From the NCBI GenBank assembly GCA_964187785.1, contig OZ076409.1, forward strand, positions 54,312,001 through 54,376,000: a stretch of 64,000 nucleotides of DNA, in the 5' to 3' direction. The position numbers were made by a program, and so were the translations under genes. The DNA comes from Amphiscolops sp. MND2022 (lineage: Eukaryota). This document shows, piece by piece, positions 50,701-63,965 of this stretch. The first letter of the stretch is position 1. Each line of letters starts with the position of its first letter. The notes below the pieces were generated by a model. That model was given only the letters and a program-made list of their open reading frames with translations, was not told where the DNA came from and did not search any database.

Positions 50701-52695
50701 TGAGAACAAAAAACTGACAGAGGACAACATAAAGAAGGTAGAATTCAATTTTACGTTTCAAAGACAGCATGGATCTAGAGATGACAAGTGTCCGAGCAAG
50801 TATGCGGAGGGAGGAAAGAGACACGGCACTGGAAGATTACACACCGGTCTTCGATACGTTGTCTATTTGGTGGGGTCTAGTCTTTGTGGACGACCAAATC
50901 GCCGTACCAATTGATTTGAGAAAAAGACTAATTGACATACTACATTACCGTAACTCCGGAACCACAAAGATGTTATCCGAAGCGAAATTTTCGGCTGTAG
51001 ATGCGGAAAGACGTAGAGCAAAAAGTAAAAGACTGCATTGCCTGCCTTACCATACAGTCGAAAGAGCAATACAAACCATAAAAATTTTGTTAAAGGCAAA
51101 CATGGAAACAGTAGCAGCCTAAACGGAAGCGTAGGCCGAGCACTAAAAGTAATGCGATTTACAATACATACGGGATTGAGAAAAACGCCGTTTGAACTAC
51201 ACCACGGCAGAAAACCGAGAACATAATTAACAAACACAATGAAGGACGGAATTTTTTTCTATCAGATTGGTCAGAATAGTCAATTTTAGACCTCCTAACA
51301 ACCCGAATAAAATATACGTCAGGAGAGACGCGGAGGGGGAAATCACCAACCCCATGGTGATGGCCCGCCCAAAAACCGAAGAACGGTTACCGGTTTCGGA
51401 AACAAAATCACCGAAGAAGAAAACACCGGTTAGATATCCATTCAACTTCGTTGAAAAGCGTCATTATCGAAAATCCCTAGAAAGAAGGCTTCAATCAAAA
51501 ATACAAACTGCAATACGCGGGACCAAAAAAACCGTAAAAACAGATACGGGGAAAATTTTTCACCGAAAGCTTATTTCGCGACCTCTATTTTAGAGAAAGA
51601 GACACCGAAGAGAGACGGTACCGGCAGTTTCAGCCGAGATCACCTCAAAGAACAGACATTGCCTGAGAGGACTAGAGGGCAAATACTGGAAATGGGATGA
51701 AATCCCGAGAAACATCATAAATGGGAATCTCAGGATTGTCGAAAACAAAAAGCGAAGCGAGACTGATTGGAAGACGATGAAGAAGATGATGATGAAGAAG
51801 AAGAATTACCGGATGAAGCCGGAAGAGTATACGACACATCAGAGAGAAGCGGAAGGTATGAGCCAATCCGGACCGATCCCGAGAATGGTGTATTACGGAT
51901 CCACCCTGACGGAGAGATACCGCAGGGACAAGTTTGCAGCTGTATAAAAGGCACCCCACAACCGTTGTCGGATATGGTGCAGAAGCCACAGGACTTCCCG
52001 GTCCCTCATCACAAAACTATAGAAGCCCGAGAGTGAAAAGGAAATGTTATACGGCTCATCCGTAAATCACCGGAGTCAAAATTTATTCTCTACCGAGTTT
52101 CGGTCATAGACATACTAGATATGTTTTTAGTCGGCGCTTTTCTAGTGAAAAGAGCCCGACTATTACAGTGGCTAGTTTTTTTTCTTTTTTTTTCGTCAGA
52201 CTACAATCATACTCTGATTGGTCCACTTTTCTCACAATAGAAACTAATAAAACTACTAAGGCCATGAGGCCACGTCTGGTCAGCGGAGATTAGTGCAAAA
52301 GGGTCCCCCTTTCATTTTTTACTTTTTAAACGTAACCTACAAAACCGGACGAGACTAAAGGGTCCCCACTTTTGATTTTTTTTCGGCATTGTGCGTTTTT
52401 TTTTTCGACAATTGTTCAATGTCTCAAAAGAGTCCCCCTTTCGAGTTTTTTGATATTTTGCAACAGAATATATGTTAATAAAGCCCAAAGGGTCCGCCCT
52501 TTTACATTTTTTGGCACTATGCGACATTTTCCGAAAGAAATAAAATTTCAAAAATTTCACGTTTTTTTTTCAAATTTTTTTTGCGATTTTTGAGCCTTAG
52601 ATATAGCGCCGACTTTACGACTTTAGACGTTCCCGTCTTGTTAAACAAACACAATTGATATAAAACTTTGATATATCACTTCATGTATTGTTACG
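47777..52695 (+). mobile_element. Degenerate Ty3/Gypsy LTR retrotransposon
   Basis: 137-bp LTR at 47777-47913 (TGTTATACGG...TGTTACA); second LTR 52045-52695 split by a 52129-52641 insertion; PPT GAAAAGGAAA at 52035-52044; decayed gag, RT, RNase H and integrase fragments; no matching TSD seen. Confidence 0.8.
52129..52641 (+). mobile_element. Helentron/DINE-1-like element inserted into a Gypsy LTR
   Basis: Splits the LTR that is intact at 47777-47913; inserted in a T-run with no evident TSD. Confidence 0.8.
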
Positions 52696-53714
52696 ATATA
52701 GTTCGCTAGTTTACAAAGAATCTGTTTTAGAAAGCCGTTTCTATCTAACTAGTCTAGAATACAACACCACCTTCGTCATTGAATCAACGTTTGGAGGTTG
52801 AACATTTTCGGATTAAGATTTTTGAGTCCACCATTGAGCCTATCGTGTGTGGTTTATCTCTGGTCTATCAGTTGGAAAAAATAACAGTTTCTTCAAAAGC
52901 ACGAAATGTCAATAATGAGATAATCTACTTCTAGTTCTCAAAAAATGGGAAAATTTACGCAATTGGATTAAATTTAATACCGGTGGTCCATCTGTGGAGT
53001 ATCTTGAGTTGCCAGTCGTTATGGGGAAAATGGTTTCACGACTTCAGTGTTTTAATAGGTTGGCTATAGGTTGGTAAGTTACCGTATAGAAATCATTATA
53101 GAAGTTGTTGGCAATCTTCAAAAACATGTAAAAAGTTTAGGCAGTTTCAACAAGGGCACACACTTGGCCAGTTGGAGGAGCAAAAGAGTTTCTTTAATGA
53201 ATAAGCGAGACTTCTGATTGTGAATTGATTCATTCGGATGAAAATGAGTATGTGGATTGTGCATGTATTATTGAGAAGTAATGCTGTGAAATGAATGTGT
53301 GTCGAGATGAGCTGGGGAGGGTATCAGAATGAAGTGGGTTCAATTGGATCTAAGATGAATACCTGGGGTATTTTGATCCCGGTAGCAATATTCTAAGGAA
53401 TTTTGAAATATACCCAACCGCCTAAAATAGTAATTAGGTAGTAGTAATTGCATTTTCTTTCATATAAAAAATTGCTGTTTGAAATGAAAAAAAAACGGTA
53501 AAATTGAAAAACCTGCATGAACATTTTGTTAAAATAATTACAGTTTTGATGATAAGGGACACAATTTTGGAAAGAACAATAAGTTCAAAATTACCGAATT
53601 TTTATTAGAAAATGGAAAGATGTTCATAAGAGGCATGGAACAGGAATTCACGGATTTTGAATACAAATCAAATACTTCAAGATAAGCCAATTAGAAGATG
53701 ACGGAATATTTTTA

Positions 53715-54272
53715 ATCGGAGCTTCATGAAGTGAAACGCGACTATATTAGTGACTCTTTTTACAATCCACACGAACTGACCAACATAGTTCTTAAAAGTT
53801 CTACGAAACTTCAAGGTGACAAGTTGGACAATTTGGCCCGAGGAATTTAACCAAAAGAGTTGTTACCGTTTTTTCAGCGCAACATACAATACTGGGCGAG
53901 ACTAAAGGGTCCCCCTTTAATTTTTTCTGGCATTGTGAGACTATTTTCGAAATATCTTTTTTCACCAAAGAGTCCCCCTTCAATTTTTTGATGTTTTGCG
54001 TCGGAATGGATGTTGAAAAATCCCAAAGGGTCCCTTTCAGTTTTTTGTCATTGTGAGACTTTTTCAAAAATTTTAAAATGTCTTCAAAGGGTCCCTCTTC
54101 ATTTTTTTGATGTTTTGCGACAGAAATGTTAAAGATTCCGATAGGGTCCCCCCTTTAGCGCCAATTTGGTCCAATTTTTTGGTTTTTCGGGTACTGTAAA
54201 TGAGAATACTTGACACTTTGAAGTCCTTTTGAGCCTTAGATATGCCGCCGACTTAAGCCGTTCCCAACTAGT
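53715..54272 (+). mobile_element. Helentron/DINE-1-like element, diverged
   Basis: A(T)CGGAGCTTCATGAAGTG start; GCCGCCGACTTAAGCCGTTCCC end; GGGTCCC repeats. Confidence 0.6.
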
Positions 54273-54852
54273 TGTTACAACAAGCCGCGAAAATAAATGA
54301 GTTCACTCTGAAAGCGCAATTCTACCAATCTTAGCCAAATTCATTCCTAAAAGCCGTTATCTGTAGTGAATTGACGTATTTCTTGTATACAAATAAATTC
54401 GTGTAAATCGGTAGTTCGTTTAACGTTTAACTACCGATTTACACGATTTACTCAAAATACTTGATTTACACGAGAAAATGAAGCATTTTCATTGGCTCTG
54501 GAAATGAGTAGAGGTGCGAAAGAAATGAAATGAATTTAACTTGTTGACGAGAAAAGAACTGGAACAAATGGTTCAAAAATATAGTTTTAGTAATCTTGTC
54601 ATATCCTGCCAGTTCTGGATCAGTGGAAAGGAAATTCTGAGATGTGCTGACAAAGAGAACAGACTTGTAGCAATGAATTTGGCAAAGATTGAATTTCAGA
54701 CTGAACTCATTTATTTTCAAAAAACTTGAGTTTTTACAGTCGATTCACTGTACCGTACACGGTGATTTACTGTACACGATACCGATGCACTAGAGGAAAA
54801 TACACAAAAAACAGTACACGATTTTCATTACGCGAGTTAATTCACTGGTTAC

Positions 54853-55021
54853 CTGGATGTCTGTCGAAAAAGTACTCGTTGTTGACGAGTATGTAGTCGT
54901 CGCAAAGTCGCATTATATCCTCGTGTGTCGTCGCCATCTGCAATTTGCCAAGTCTGGATCTAGGGATACGAGCCAGAGTCTTCCACAGCACCTCGTGTCT
55001 GTAGCCCCCCACGTTTAAAAT
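54853..55021 (-). CDS. KCNB: Shab/Kv2 K+ channel, first recovered exon (T1 domain N-half)
   Basis: ttcag|ATTTTA...CATCCAG|gtaacc; 169 nt = [56 protein letters not shown] + 1 nt; matches Kv2 T1 (LNVGG..HEVLW.TL..LP..RLGKL...CDDY....EYFFDRHP). Not in the ORF track. Confidence 0.95.
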
Positions 55022-55644
55022 CTGAATTACAGAATGATTTTATTAATTTAGTTAACAAAAACATCATTGCATTGGACTTTGAGGTGAACTATAGCGACTG
55101 CAGCAGTAATTAATTTGGGCATTAAAAAACCGACAAAAAGATAAATAATTTTACCCGCCAGTGAAAATTGAAATTTTTTGAACGATGACGTTTGGAAATG
55201 TGTGGGATTTTACCGCATGTCATTTTTAGCTGCCTACCCATCATTTTATGTAATTCAATGAAAGCAATTATTGTGCGACATAGGATAGTATGAAATGTTC
55301 AAGAAAGAGAATCTTAAGTGCAATTTTTAATGAATTGAGGCCAACAAAAGGCCGGTTACCCAGAGTGTCACCTATAGGCATCTCAGGATGCCTTTCCGTC
55401 ATTTTGCATTTATTTTATTCAGCCATCTGGTTTTATAACCGAAGTCTAAGAATTTTGTCCTTGAACAGTCCAACAGCCCCGCTGTTTTCAATGCCGTTGT
55501 CTGCGTCATTACATCATTTCATTTCAATGCATATTTGCATTTTGCAACCCAAGCGTCCCAAGGGTGTGATCCATAAAATACTTGACTAAAAAGAAAAATT
55601 GCACCAGAGGCACAGCGGCACTGCAATACTTTCCGCTCATACGC

Positions 55645-55772
55645 AAAGGTGGACTGATAACTTTTAAAATGATCATTTTAAAAGTTATCAGTCCACCTTT
55701 GATGAATACATCAGATGAATGCAATTTAAATGCACCGATGCATTTAAATTGCACTCATCTGATGTATTCATC
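55645..55772. repeat. Double hairpin (perfect 56-bp palindrome + 72-bp hairpin)
   Basis: 55645-55700 is a perfect palindrome; 55701-55772 has 34-bp arms, one mismatch and a CCGA loop. Confidence 0.92.
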
Positions 55773-55982
55773 TTCGTTATATTAGTAACCATCGGACTCA
55801 AGTTGTTTAAGTGCATTTACCGGTCAAATTACAAAAGGGGACAAAACACCCCGCGGAATGAATACCAGAGCAAATGATGGAAGGTTAAGCTACGTTATTG
55901 ATCAGACACTTTCCGATAACACAAAGTTAATGATCATGGGAGCATTCAATATTGAGAAATGGATTATTTGTTTCTTAATAGA

Positions 55983-58900
55983 TGTAAGAGATCGATGAGA
56001 TAATAAGAAGTTGAATTAAAACTGGAATCTCACAACAACGTGTTTCAAGTTAACGTATACTAAGAGATCGAACTGAAAGCTATCTAGCACCAGCGTTAAG
56101 TGTTCAATAGTAAAGATGTTTCTATAGGCAGGTACTTCGAACTTAGTATTCATGTGAATGACATCTTCGTCTCATTCCCCCTTTTGCAGTTAGGGAAACC
56201 AGTCCTGACTTCCAGAGGGTCCCTTGGAGGTTTGGCCTGCTTGTTGTGGGGGGTCCTTCTTTAACTTCGGGAATGGGGTTTCCAGAAATCTTCGAGTGGG
56301 CTAGATGTGGTTCCTAAACGACTACTAAATTTAGAAATACTCTACCCCTCCCAATTTCTCGGTTCGCCTAGCGCCTTTTATCCTATGCGATCTGCGAAGA
56401 TCAGTTGGCTGTTCAAATGTTACTTTATTGTTTTTTAATTTTATCTCCTTAATTCCGATTTTACCTTTTTCTATGTTTGTTACTCCCGTTTCCGGCGGCC
56501 CTTCAGCAGTAACGGTTGCGCGTATCGGTGTGGTCGGTGGTTCATCTTTATTCTGGGACCGACACGGACCGTGACTGGTACTGCATTGAATTGGTGTGGC
56601 AGGCAACGGTGTATTTGTTTCGAGCGTACTGTCTTCTTCCGATTCTATTTCCTCTGCGGTGGGACTTTGCTCTTTCTGAAATTCGTCCGCCGGTGTGGCA
56701 GTTTGTGGTTTCGGAGTGTCCATTTCCTCGTTAGTTTTGGGGATATCGCCGTAGGTAGATCTTTTCTGCGGCCTTGTCGGCAAAGTAAGGCTACTAGACG
56801 GCGCTTGCGGGCTCCTTGGGATTCCGTATACTCTTTTATGGGTGTCGCAGTATTCTCCTTGGCAGAACGTTCCACATCTGCGACATCGGTTGGTTGGCTT
56901 TCGTCTTTCTTCCGATTTTCTTGAGAGCTGAATTTTTATTGGTTTCGACGCCAGTTTTTTGTGTATTGTTTTCCCTTCAGATGTAGTTATGGTATGTTTA
57001 GTCTCTTACCGCTGTTAGCGGTTTATTGGTTTTGAATCTACATTTCAAAGCTTTCGGTTTGTTTTGATTTTCGAAAAACTGGAACTGTTTAAATTCCCGG
57101 CTAACCGATCTGGTTCTTCTCTTGGAGTCGTTGAGGACGATGTAATCTGCCATTTCTCCTTCAGAATCGTTTATAGTAAATATTTGGAGCTGCCTTGGTT
57201 GTGCTGAAATGTAATTGGTCAGTGTCTTTTTCCAATTAGACAAGAGACATTCAGGTTGTCCGATTAAATTAGTTATCGCTGTGCCGGGTTTCGTCCGAAA
57301 TGCATCAGGAATGGCGTCATGTTTACTTTACTATGCGGAGTTTGTCTGATCGTTTTGATCGCTTAATCAACACTTTCTTCAAATATTAAACCGTCTGCGA
57401 TATTTGCTCTAGTGAGCGACTTAATTGTCCGAATAGTTCTTTCCACTTGGCCGGTACCGGTGTGTAAATTCGGTGTGCATCTAATGCGTTTTATGTTTTC
57501 CCGGTTACAAAATTCTCTAAATTCATTACTTTTAAAAAACAACTACCGTTGTCGGTGCGTAAGCTCCGCGGTGTTCCGTTGTCTGAGCAATATTTCGTTA
57601 AAACCTTTAAAACTGTCCGTGAATCGGTCTTTTTACACAAATATGAGCCGTTGGCCATTTACTAAATCGGTCGACGGCTATTAAAAAATATACGTCGCCG
57701 CGAGTCTTTGATTTTATTGGACCAGCGAAGTCCAATTGGATTTCTTGGTTCGGTTCGGATAACATTTCTAGCTTGTGTTTCTCCGTGGACGGTAATTGTG
57801 TTACGTGGTTCTTACCTGAGGCTCTGCAGCTGGGGCATTTTCCCGCTTTCTCCCGTATTTCTTGATAAAAACCGGGCCACCAGAACGCTGCCGCTGATTG
57901 GTCCATCTTAGCTGCGGACGGGTGTCCTTGGTGGAGCATGGCGATGATTGTTGTTCGCATGGCTTCTGGTATGACGATCTTGTCGTTGTAAAACATGAGG
58001 CCAATTCTGGTCGTTAGGTGGTTTCTATGTGGATGGTACGGGTAAAATAAGTCTTCGGGTTGATTCTTTTCGAGGGCTGCAATAGCACTCAGTATCTTGA
58101 CGTCTCTCGCCGTCTCGTCCACAAGCATCGGTAGATCGAGAGCAAAATCATTTTCCGCTCTTTTAATCGTTTCTTCCGTGTTTTCGTTATGTTCGCGTCC
58201 ATTGTATTTGTTTTGACCGTCTGTTTTAGTCGAAATAAATTGACGGCTTCGTGCTTGCGGACTTTCTTGATTGCGTTTGTTGGGCAATTTTCTTGTCTAA
58301 TGTTGCTCACTTGGCTCTCGTTGTCGGATAAGTTTTGGACAACCCAGGATTCGTGGTTATTCTGCTGGTATTCTTTCAACGGCGTTTTTCCCAGTGTTTC
58401 ACAGTAATGGAAGAAGCGGTTATACATCTGTATGTTTAATTCCACTATTCGTTTTCGTGCTTGCTGTGGAGGCCGGTATTCTTGTAATCTTTCACGATCG
58501 CTTCCTTTTCCGACTATTCTAGTCTTTTCCGGCTTCAAGAGTCTTTTCCTTTCTGTCCAGAGTCGGTAAGTGTCTGGGGAATGGCCCCTCTTTTTGTAGA
58601 TAAAATGCATAGCAATGCCGTTGACTTTATCCATTTTAGCTACTGATGCGGATTGATTGAGATTTGAAAGTTTCAAAGTTGGAATAACACCGTTCGATGG
58701 TAATGAGGCTTCACGCAAATGATTTTGTTTATTCTGTTCACGCTTGCGTATGCTGTGCTGTGATTTGTCAATTTTTTGTCTCGGTTTGGTTCGTTCTGTG
58801 AATTTCTTCTTGCTTCCGTTCCTTTGAATAAAATCGAATAGGCCGTGTATTTGAATTATCACGAACTCTTCTTCGGATTCCGTTTCGGTTTGACCGCTTA

Positions 58901-61900
58901 CGTAATTCTCGATTTCGTTCTCAGCGGTGTTTACGATCGGGTGTCGGCCTACGCAATCCGTCAATGAAATGTTTTTTTCCGGCAGTATATTGTACGTTTA
59001 CATCGAAATGGCTCAATTTATCTAACCACCGTGTTAGCCTAGCGATGTACTGCTTGTACGCCCTATTTCTTTTTAACAACGGTTGCAGTTCTTGGTGATC
59101 GGTTAATAGATTGACTTTTTTCCCGTAAACGTAATATCTGAAATACTCGAACCCCCATAACGCTCCTAGCAGTTCTATCTCACTAATAGCGTATTCCTTC
59201 GCACAATCAGTGAGGAATCTACTAGCGAATGCGATTGGTCTGAATATTTCTCCTTCTTTTTGCCAGAGTGTTGCCCCGAGCCCCGTATTGCAATCGTGTG
59301 TCGTCACGTAGCTGTCCTTTTTTGGGTCGAAGTGGGCAAGGCATGGTGATTCTGTTATCTCTTATTTCAGATTCTCGAAATCTTCATCTATTTCGGGTGT
59401 TCACTTCCAACTAGTTGCTTGCTTCAACAATTTTCTCATTCTGTCGGTCTTCTTGGATAAGTTGTTTATAAACTTTGACAAATGTTGTATTGAACCCAAG
59501 AAGTATTTGAGTTCTTTGGCATTTTTTGGGGCGCTCAGTTTTGTTATTACTTCTGTCTTGTCTTTTATCGGCTTTACTCCGTTTTGATTTATGTGGTAGC
59601 CCAACCAAGTTAATTCTTGTGTAAAAAGTTCAGTTTTCTTTTCACTTGCCCTGTATCCGGCGTTTTGTAACTTGTTGAGTACTTCCCGCACTTCCCGTTC
59701 ATGTTCGTCGATTGTTCCGTTAGTTACACAAACAATGTCGTCCAGCCAGACTGGTGTTTTGAATTCCAGCACTTTGTCGATGTGTTCTTGAAATACGGTT
59801 GGAATATCTGACAGCCCGTAAAAACCCTTCTTGAATCGGTAGTGGCCAGTAAAATCGCCTCCAATTATTGAGAACACACAATGTTTTGCTGCTTCTTTGG
59901 ATAGTTTTGCCTGCCCATAAGCATAATCCAAATCAATTTTTGACATCCAAATCTCCCCATTTGCATTTGGTAATTTCTCCTGATATTTTGCTGATTAATT
60001 CTTCCATGTTTGGCATTGCCGCCTTTCTCTTGACACATGCCTCATTTAACTTTCTTGAATCGAGTGCTATTTTCACGGATTTGTCCTTTTTTAAGGTAAT
60101 GACGGCCGGTGAGATGAAACAATTTTCCATGGTTTTATCCGCTCTTTCTAGGTGTCTTTTTTCGATTAGTTTTTCCAGTTTATGCTTGACCGTTTTTTGA
60201 AATTGTATTGGTACTGGCCGTCTTTTTTGTTGTATCGGCTTTGTGTCTTTTTTCAGTTGAATGTCAATGGTCAGGTCTTTGATAGTGTGGTTGTTTTTGA
60301 ATAGGTCTTCGTATTAGTTTATAATATTCCGTCGTCTTCCGTCGGTTTCGATATGTCGGATAATGATCGTGTTTTTGTTTCCTCGTAATCCAATTTCCAA
60401 TTTATCCAACCAATGCAGTCCCAACAAGGGTTGAGTGTTTTGTTTTCAGAATTTAGTATGGGTAAATTTTCTTTGCTTTTTTCCGTCTTCACTTGCACCA
60501 TGGCCTCGCCTTTGAATTTTATAGGATTTGTGTTTACGTGTATGAACGTTTGTTTCTACTGGACTAATTATCGGCGGTATTATCGTCACCGGAGAGCCAG
60601 TGTCAATAATGAATTCTATTGGCTGTCCGTGGACCAATAGTATTGCTTTGTAGAAATCAATCCGGTTAATGCCATTGGCGGACTGAATGTGGTCAATTTC
60701 TGGTCATGATTCGGTGCTGCTGTCCGGTGTTGGTTCCTTCTGGATCCGACTGACGGTTTCGGATTTGCACACTTTGGCAAAGTGTCCCATTTTCTTCATT
60801 TTCTTGCAGTTATTACATTGTGCTCGTCGTGCTGGGCAGATGTGTTCCAATAACCAATTTGGTTTGCCGCAAAAGTGACAGTTACGGTTTGATAGCTTCT
60901 TCTTTCCCGTTTCGGTTATCGTTCGTTTCCGTGCTGGGTGTGTGTAAGCGACTTGTTCTTCGCTTGACGAGCTATCGGAGGCAGTTTTTCTGTGTTTTTT
61001 GTTTGACTTTTTGTTTCCGTATTTGCGGTTGTAGTTGTCCTGCTCAATGGTTTCAGGGACCATTTGAAGTTTCAGTGGCCCTTTTATGAGTTTGTTGCGG
61101 GCTTTTTTGTCATTGATGGTTGCTGCAAATTTGTACGTCATAATCTCTTCTGGCGTGATTCTGTTGAATTCACATTTTCTTTCGATGTCTACGAGTCTCT
61201 TCCAATGTTCGTCTAGTGTTTCACTGTCTTCTTATTTGATATTAAAAAATTGGGCTCGGCTGTGGAACACATTTCTCGCGGGTATGAATGTCTTTTTGAA
61301 TAATTTCAATAGTTCTGATAAGTCGACGTTTTTCAGCTCTCTGCCCCATTGGCCTCTCATGATTTCGTGTTTGGCCTTGGGACCTAGTGCCCAGATAACA
61401 TCTCCCTTCATGTGATATACCGTATGTGGGTCCATCTGGTCGGTGGCTTGATCCATTATTTCGTCCAAATTTCGGTTGTGTGTGAGATGTATATATTCGG
61501 AGATTTGTTCCCACCACATTCTTGAGTTGATTTTTGTCAAATCAGTCTCTCTGTCCGATAAAATTGGGATTTTGTATTTGTTCTTCTCCGTTCGATCTGC
61601 TGCTGTTTGATTCATCATTGTTCGATTCACGGCCGATTGGGCCATTTGGGCCCAAGTATTGGAGTCGGAGTGAGTATTCATTAACGGGGTATCCATTAAA
61701 CTGCTGACTGCGCCATGTAAAAGATCGATGAGATAATAAGAATTTGAATTAAAACTGGAATCTCACAACAACGTCTTTCAAGTTAACATATACAAAGAGA
61801 TCAAACTGAAAGCTATCTAGCACCAGCGTTAAGTGTTCTATAGTAAAGATGTTTCTATAGGCAGGTACTTCGAACTTAATAGTCATGTGAATGACATCTT

Positions 61901-61907
61901 CGTCTCA
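55983..61907 (-). mobile_element. Full-length but decayed Ty3/Gypsy LTR retrotransposon
   Basis: 192-bp LTRs at 55983-56174 and 61716-61907 (about 9 mismatches by eye); TSD ATAGA on both sides; minus-strand PBS TGGCGCAGTCAG next to 61715; PPT AAAAGGGGGAA next to 56175; fragments of gag CCHC (CHFCGK..H.C), protease (IDTGSP), RT (WLDD), RNase H and integrase (LDFAGP). Confidence 0.95.
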
Positions 61908-62262
61908 ATAGACCTGTCAGCTTCGACTGTTTCTCAGTTGCCCCCTAGAACCCAAAAAAGAATTGTTTCTCGAAGAAATAACGTGTCGTTTGATGCGTCT
62001 CAAAACAGATCAAACATTCATCATAGAGCTGTCTTTGAATTCCATGTTTTTCAACGGTGCTTTTCAACAGGTTTTGCTTTTTAGTGGACCTGCCTGTGTC
62101 GACTGATCCTCAGTTTGCCAGTGAGTACTTATGAATATGGAATTTGTGAGAAACTGGCCTGTACTTTACATTGAACTGGAAACATACCCAACCTTCTTAC
62201 TCTAATCTTTCATCTTTTTCATTCTGCTGCATATTTTATTTTATATATTTTAAATCAATTTG

Positions 62263-62732
62263 GGACCATGTGATCTATTTCTCCCCCAGGTACACCTTGT
62301 TAGGAATTCCCCCCAAAAAAAAACGAAAACGGCTTTATCACAAGTATATTAATTATTGAATGAATAAAGCAAGTTGATATGCTTACAAATATTAACAAAC
62401 GGGTGAATTTAAACTTCGTGGCAAAAGACGCAAATTTTTTAAATGCTGAATGCAAAGTTCGTGGTTTTGTAAATATGGAAGTATGTCCGTTTGGAAGCAC
62501 ATTTCAAAGAATAATGATTGATTTTAACTGTCAATCAATGTAAAAGATATGATTATGTCGACATCAATTATTTTATTGGACTAAAATTTCAACGCAACGA
62601 TGTCGACATAATGGTATTTGACTATTTAAAATGTTATGTCGACATAATTATTTCGTTTAAAACTAGTACTTGAACCCACTGTATTATTTCCCCCCGCCAC
62701 AGTTTGGGGGGGGGAAATAGATCACATGGTCC
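62263..62732 (-). mobile_element. Merlin MITE, internally deleted and inverted relative to the 37907 copy
   Basis: Same TIR; 8-bp TSD TCAATTTG at 62255-62262 and 62733-62740. Confidence 0.9.
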
Positions 62733-63493
62733 TCAATTTGATTTTGTATGCTTCGTGCAATTGAAGTTTTAATTAGTTTTTCTACAGCTGTTTCAGATCA
62801 AGATTTCAGAGAGAGAAGTGTTTCTTATTGAGAAAAACTAAGCTTGAGATTAATGAATTTGAAGTGAAAAAGATCCAAAAATTCCGGTACTTAAAGATCT
62901 GAAGTATCCAAAAATGACAATAATTTAATATCTAGAATCACCAAAACATTCCAGATCCGAATGCTGTGTATATAGGTTACCGACAAGGAAATCTCACAAC
63001 AACGTCTTTCAAGTTAACATATACTAAGAGATCAAACTGAAAGCTATCTAGCACCAGCGTTAAGTGTTCTATAGTAAAGATGTTTCTATAGGCAGGTACT
63101 TCGAACTTAATAGTCATGTGAATGACATCTTCGTCTCAATAGACCTGTCAGCTTCGACTGTTTCTCAGTTGCCCCCTAGAACCCAAAAAAGAATTGTTTC
63201 TCGAAGAAATAACGTGCTGTTTGATGCGTCTCAAAACAGATCAAACATTCATCATAGAGTTGTCTTTGAATTCCATGTTTTTCAACGGTGCTTTTCAACA
63301 GGTTTTGCTTTTTAGTGGACCTGCCTGTGTCGACTGATCCTCAGTTTGCCAGTGAGTACTTATGAATATGGAATTTGTGAGAAACTGGCCTGTACTTTAC
63401 ATTGAACTTGAAACATACCCAACCTTCTTACTCTAATCTTTCATCTTTTTCATTCTGCTGCATATTTTATTTTATATATTTTAAATCAATTTG

Positions 63494-63965
63494 GGACCAT
63501 GTGATCTATTTCTCCCCCAGGTACACCTTGTTAGGAATTCCCCCCCCCCAAAAAAAACGAAAACGGCTTTATCACAAGTATATTAATTATTGAATGAATA
63601 AAGCAAGTTGATATGCTTACAAATAATAACAAACGCGTGAATTTAAACTTCGTGGCAAAAGACGCAAATTTTTTAAATGCTGAATGCAAAGTTCGTGGTT
63701 TTGTAAATATGGAAGTATGTCCGTTTGGAAGCACATTTCAAAGAATAATGATTGATTTTAACTGTCAATCAATGTAAAAGATATGATTATGTCGACATCA
63801 ATTATTTTATTGGACTAAAATTTCAACGCAACGATGTCGACATAATGGTATTTGACTATTTAAAATGTTATGTCGACATAATTATTTCGTTTAAAACTAG
63901 TACTTGAACCCACTGTATTATTTCCCCCCGCCACAGTTTGGGGGGGGGAATAGATCACATGGTCC
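63494..63965 (-). mobile_element. Merlin MITE, duplicate of 62263-62732
   Basis: Same TIR and the identical TSD TCAATTTG, so it arose by segmental duplication rather than a new insertion. Confidence 0.88.

Noticed and set aside
54541-55589. Plus-strand ORFs 54541-54729 and 55290-55589 as ORC3 C-terminal exons
   Set aside because: Only vague resemblance; no diagnostic ORC3 C-terminal motif (INL.DW..AF or ELE.LGF) seen
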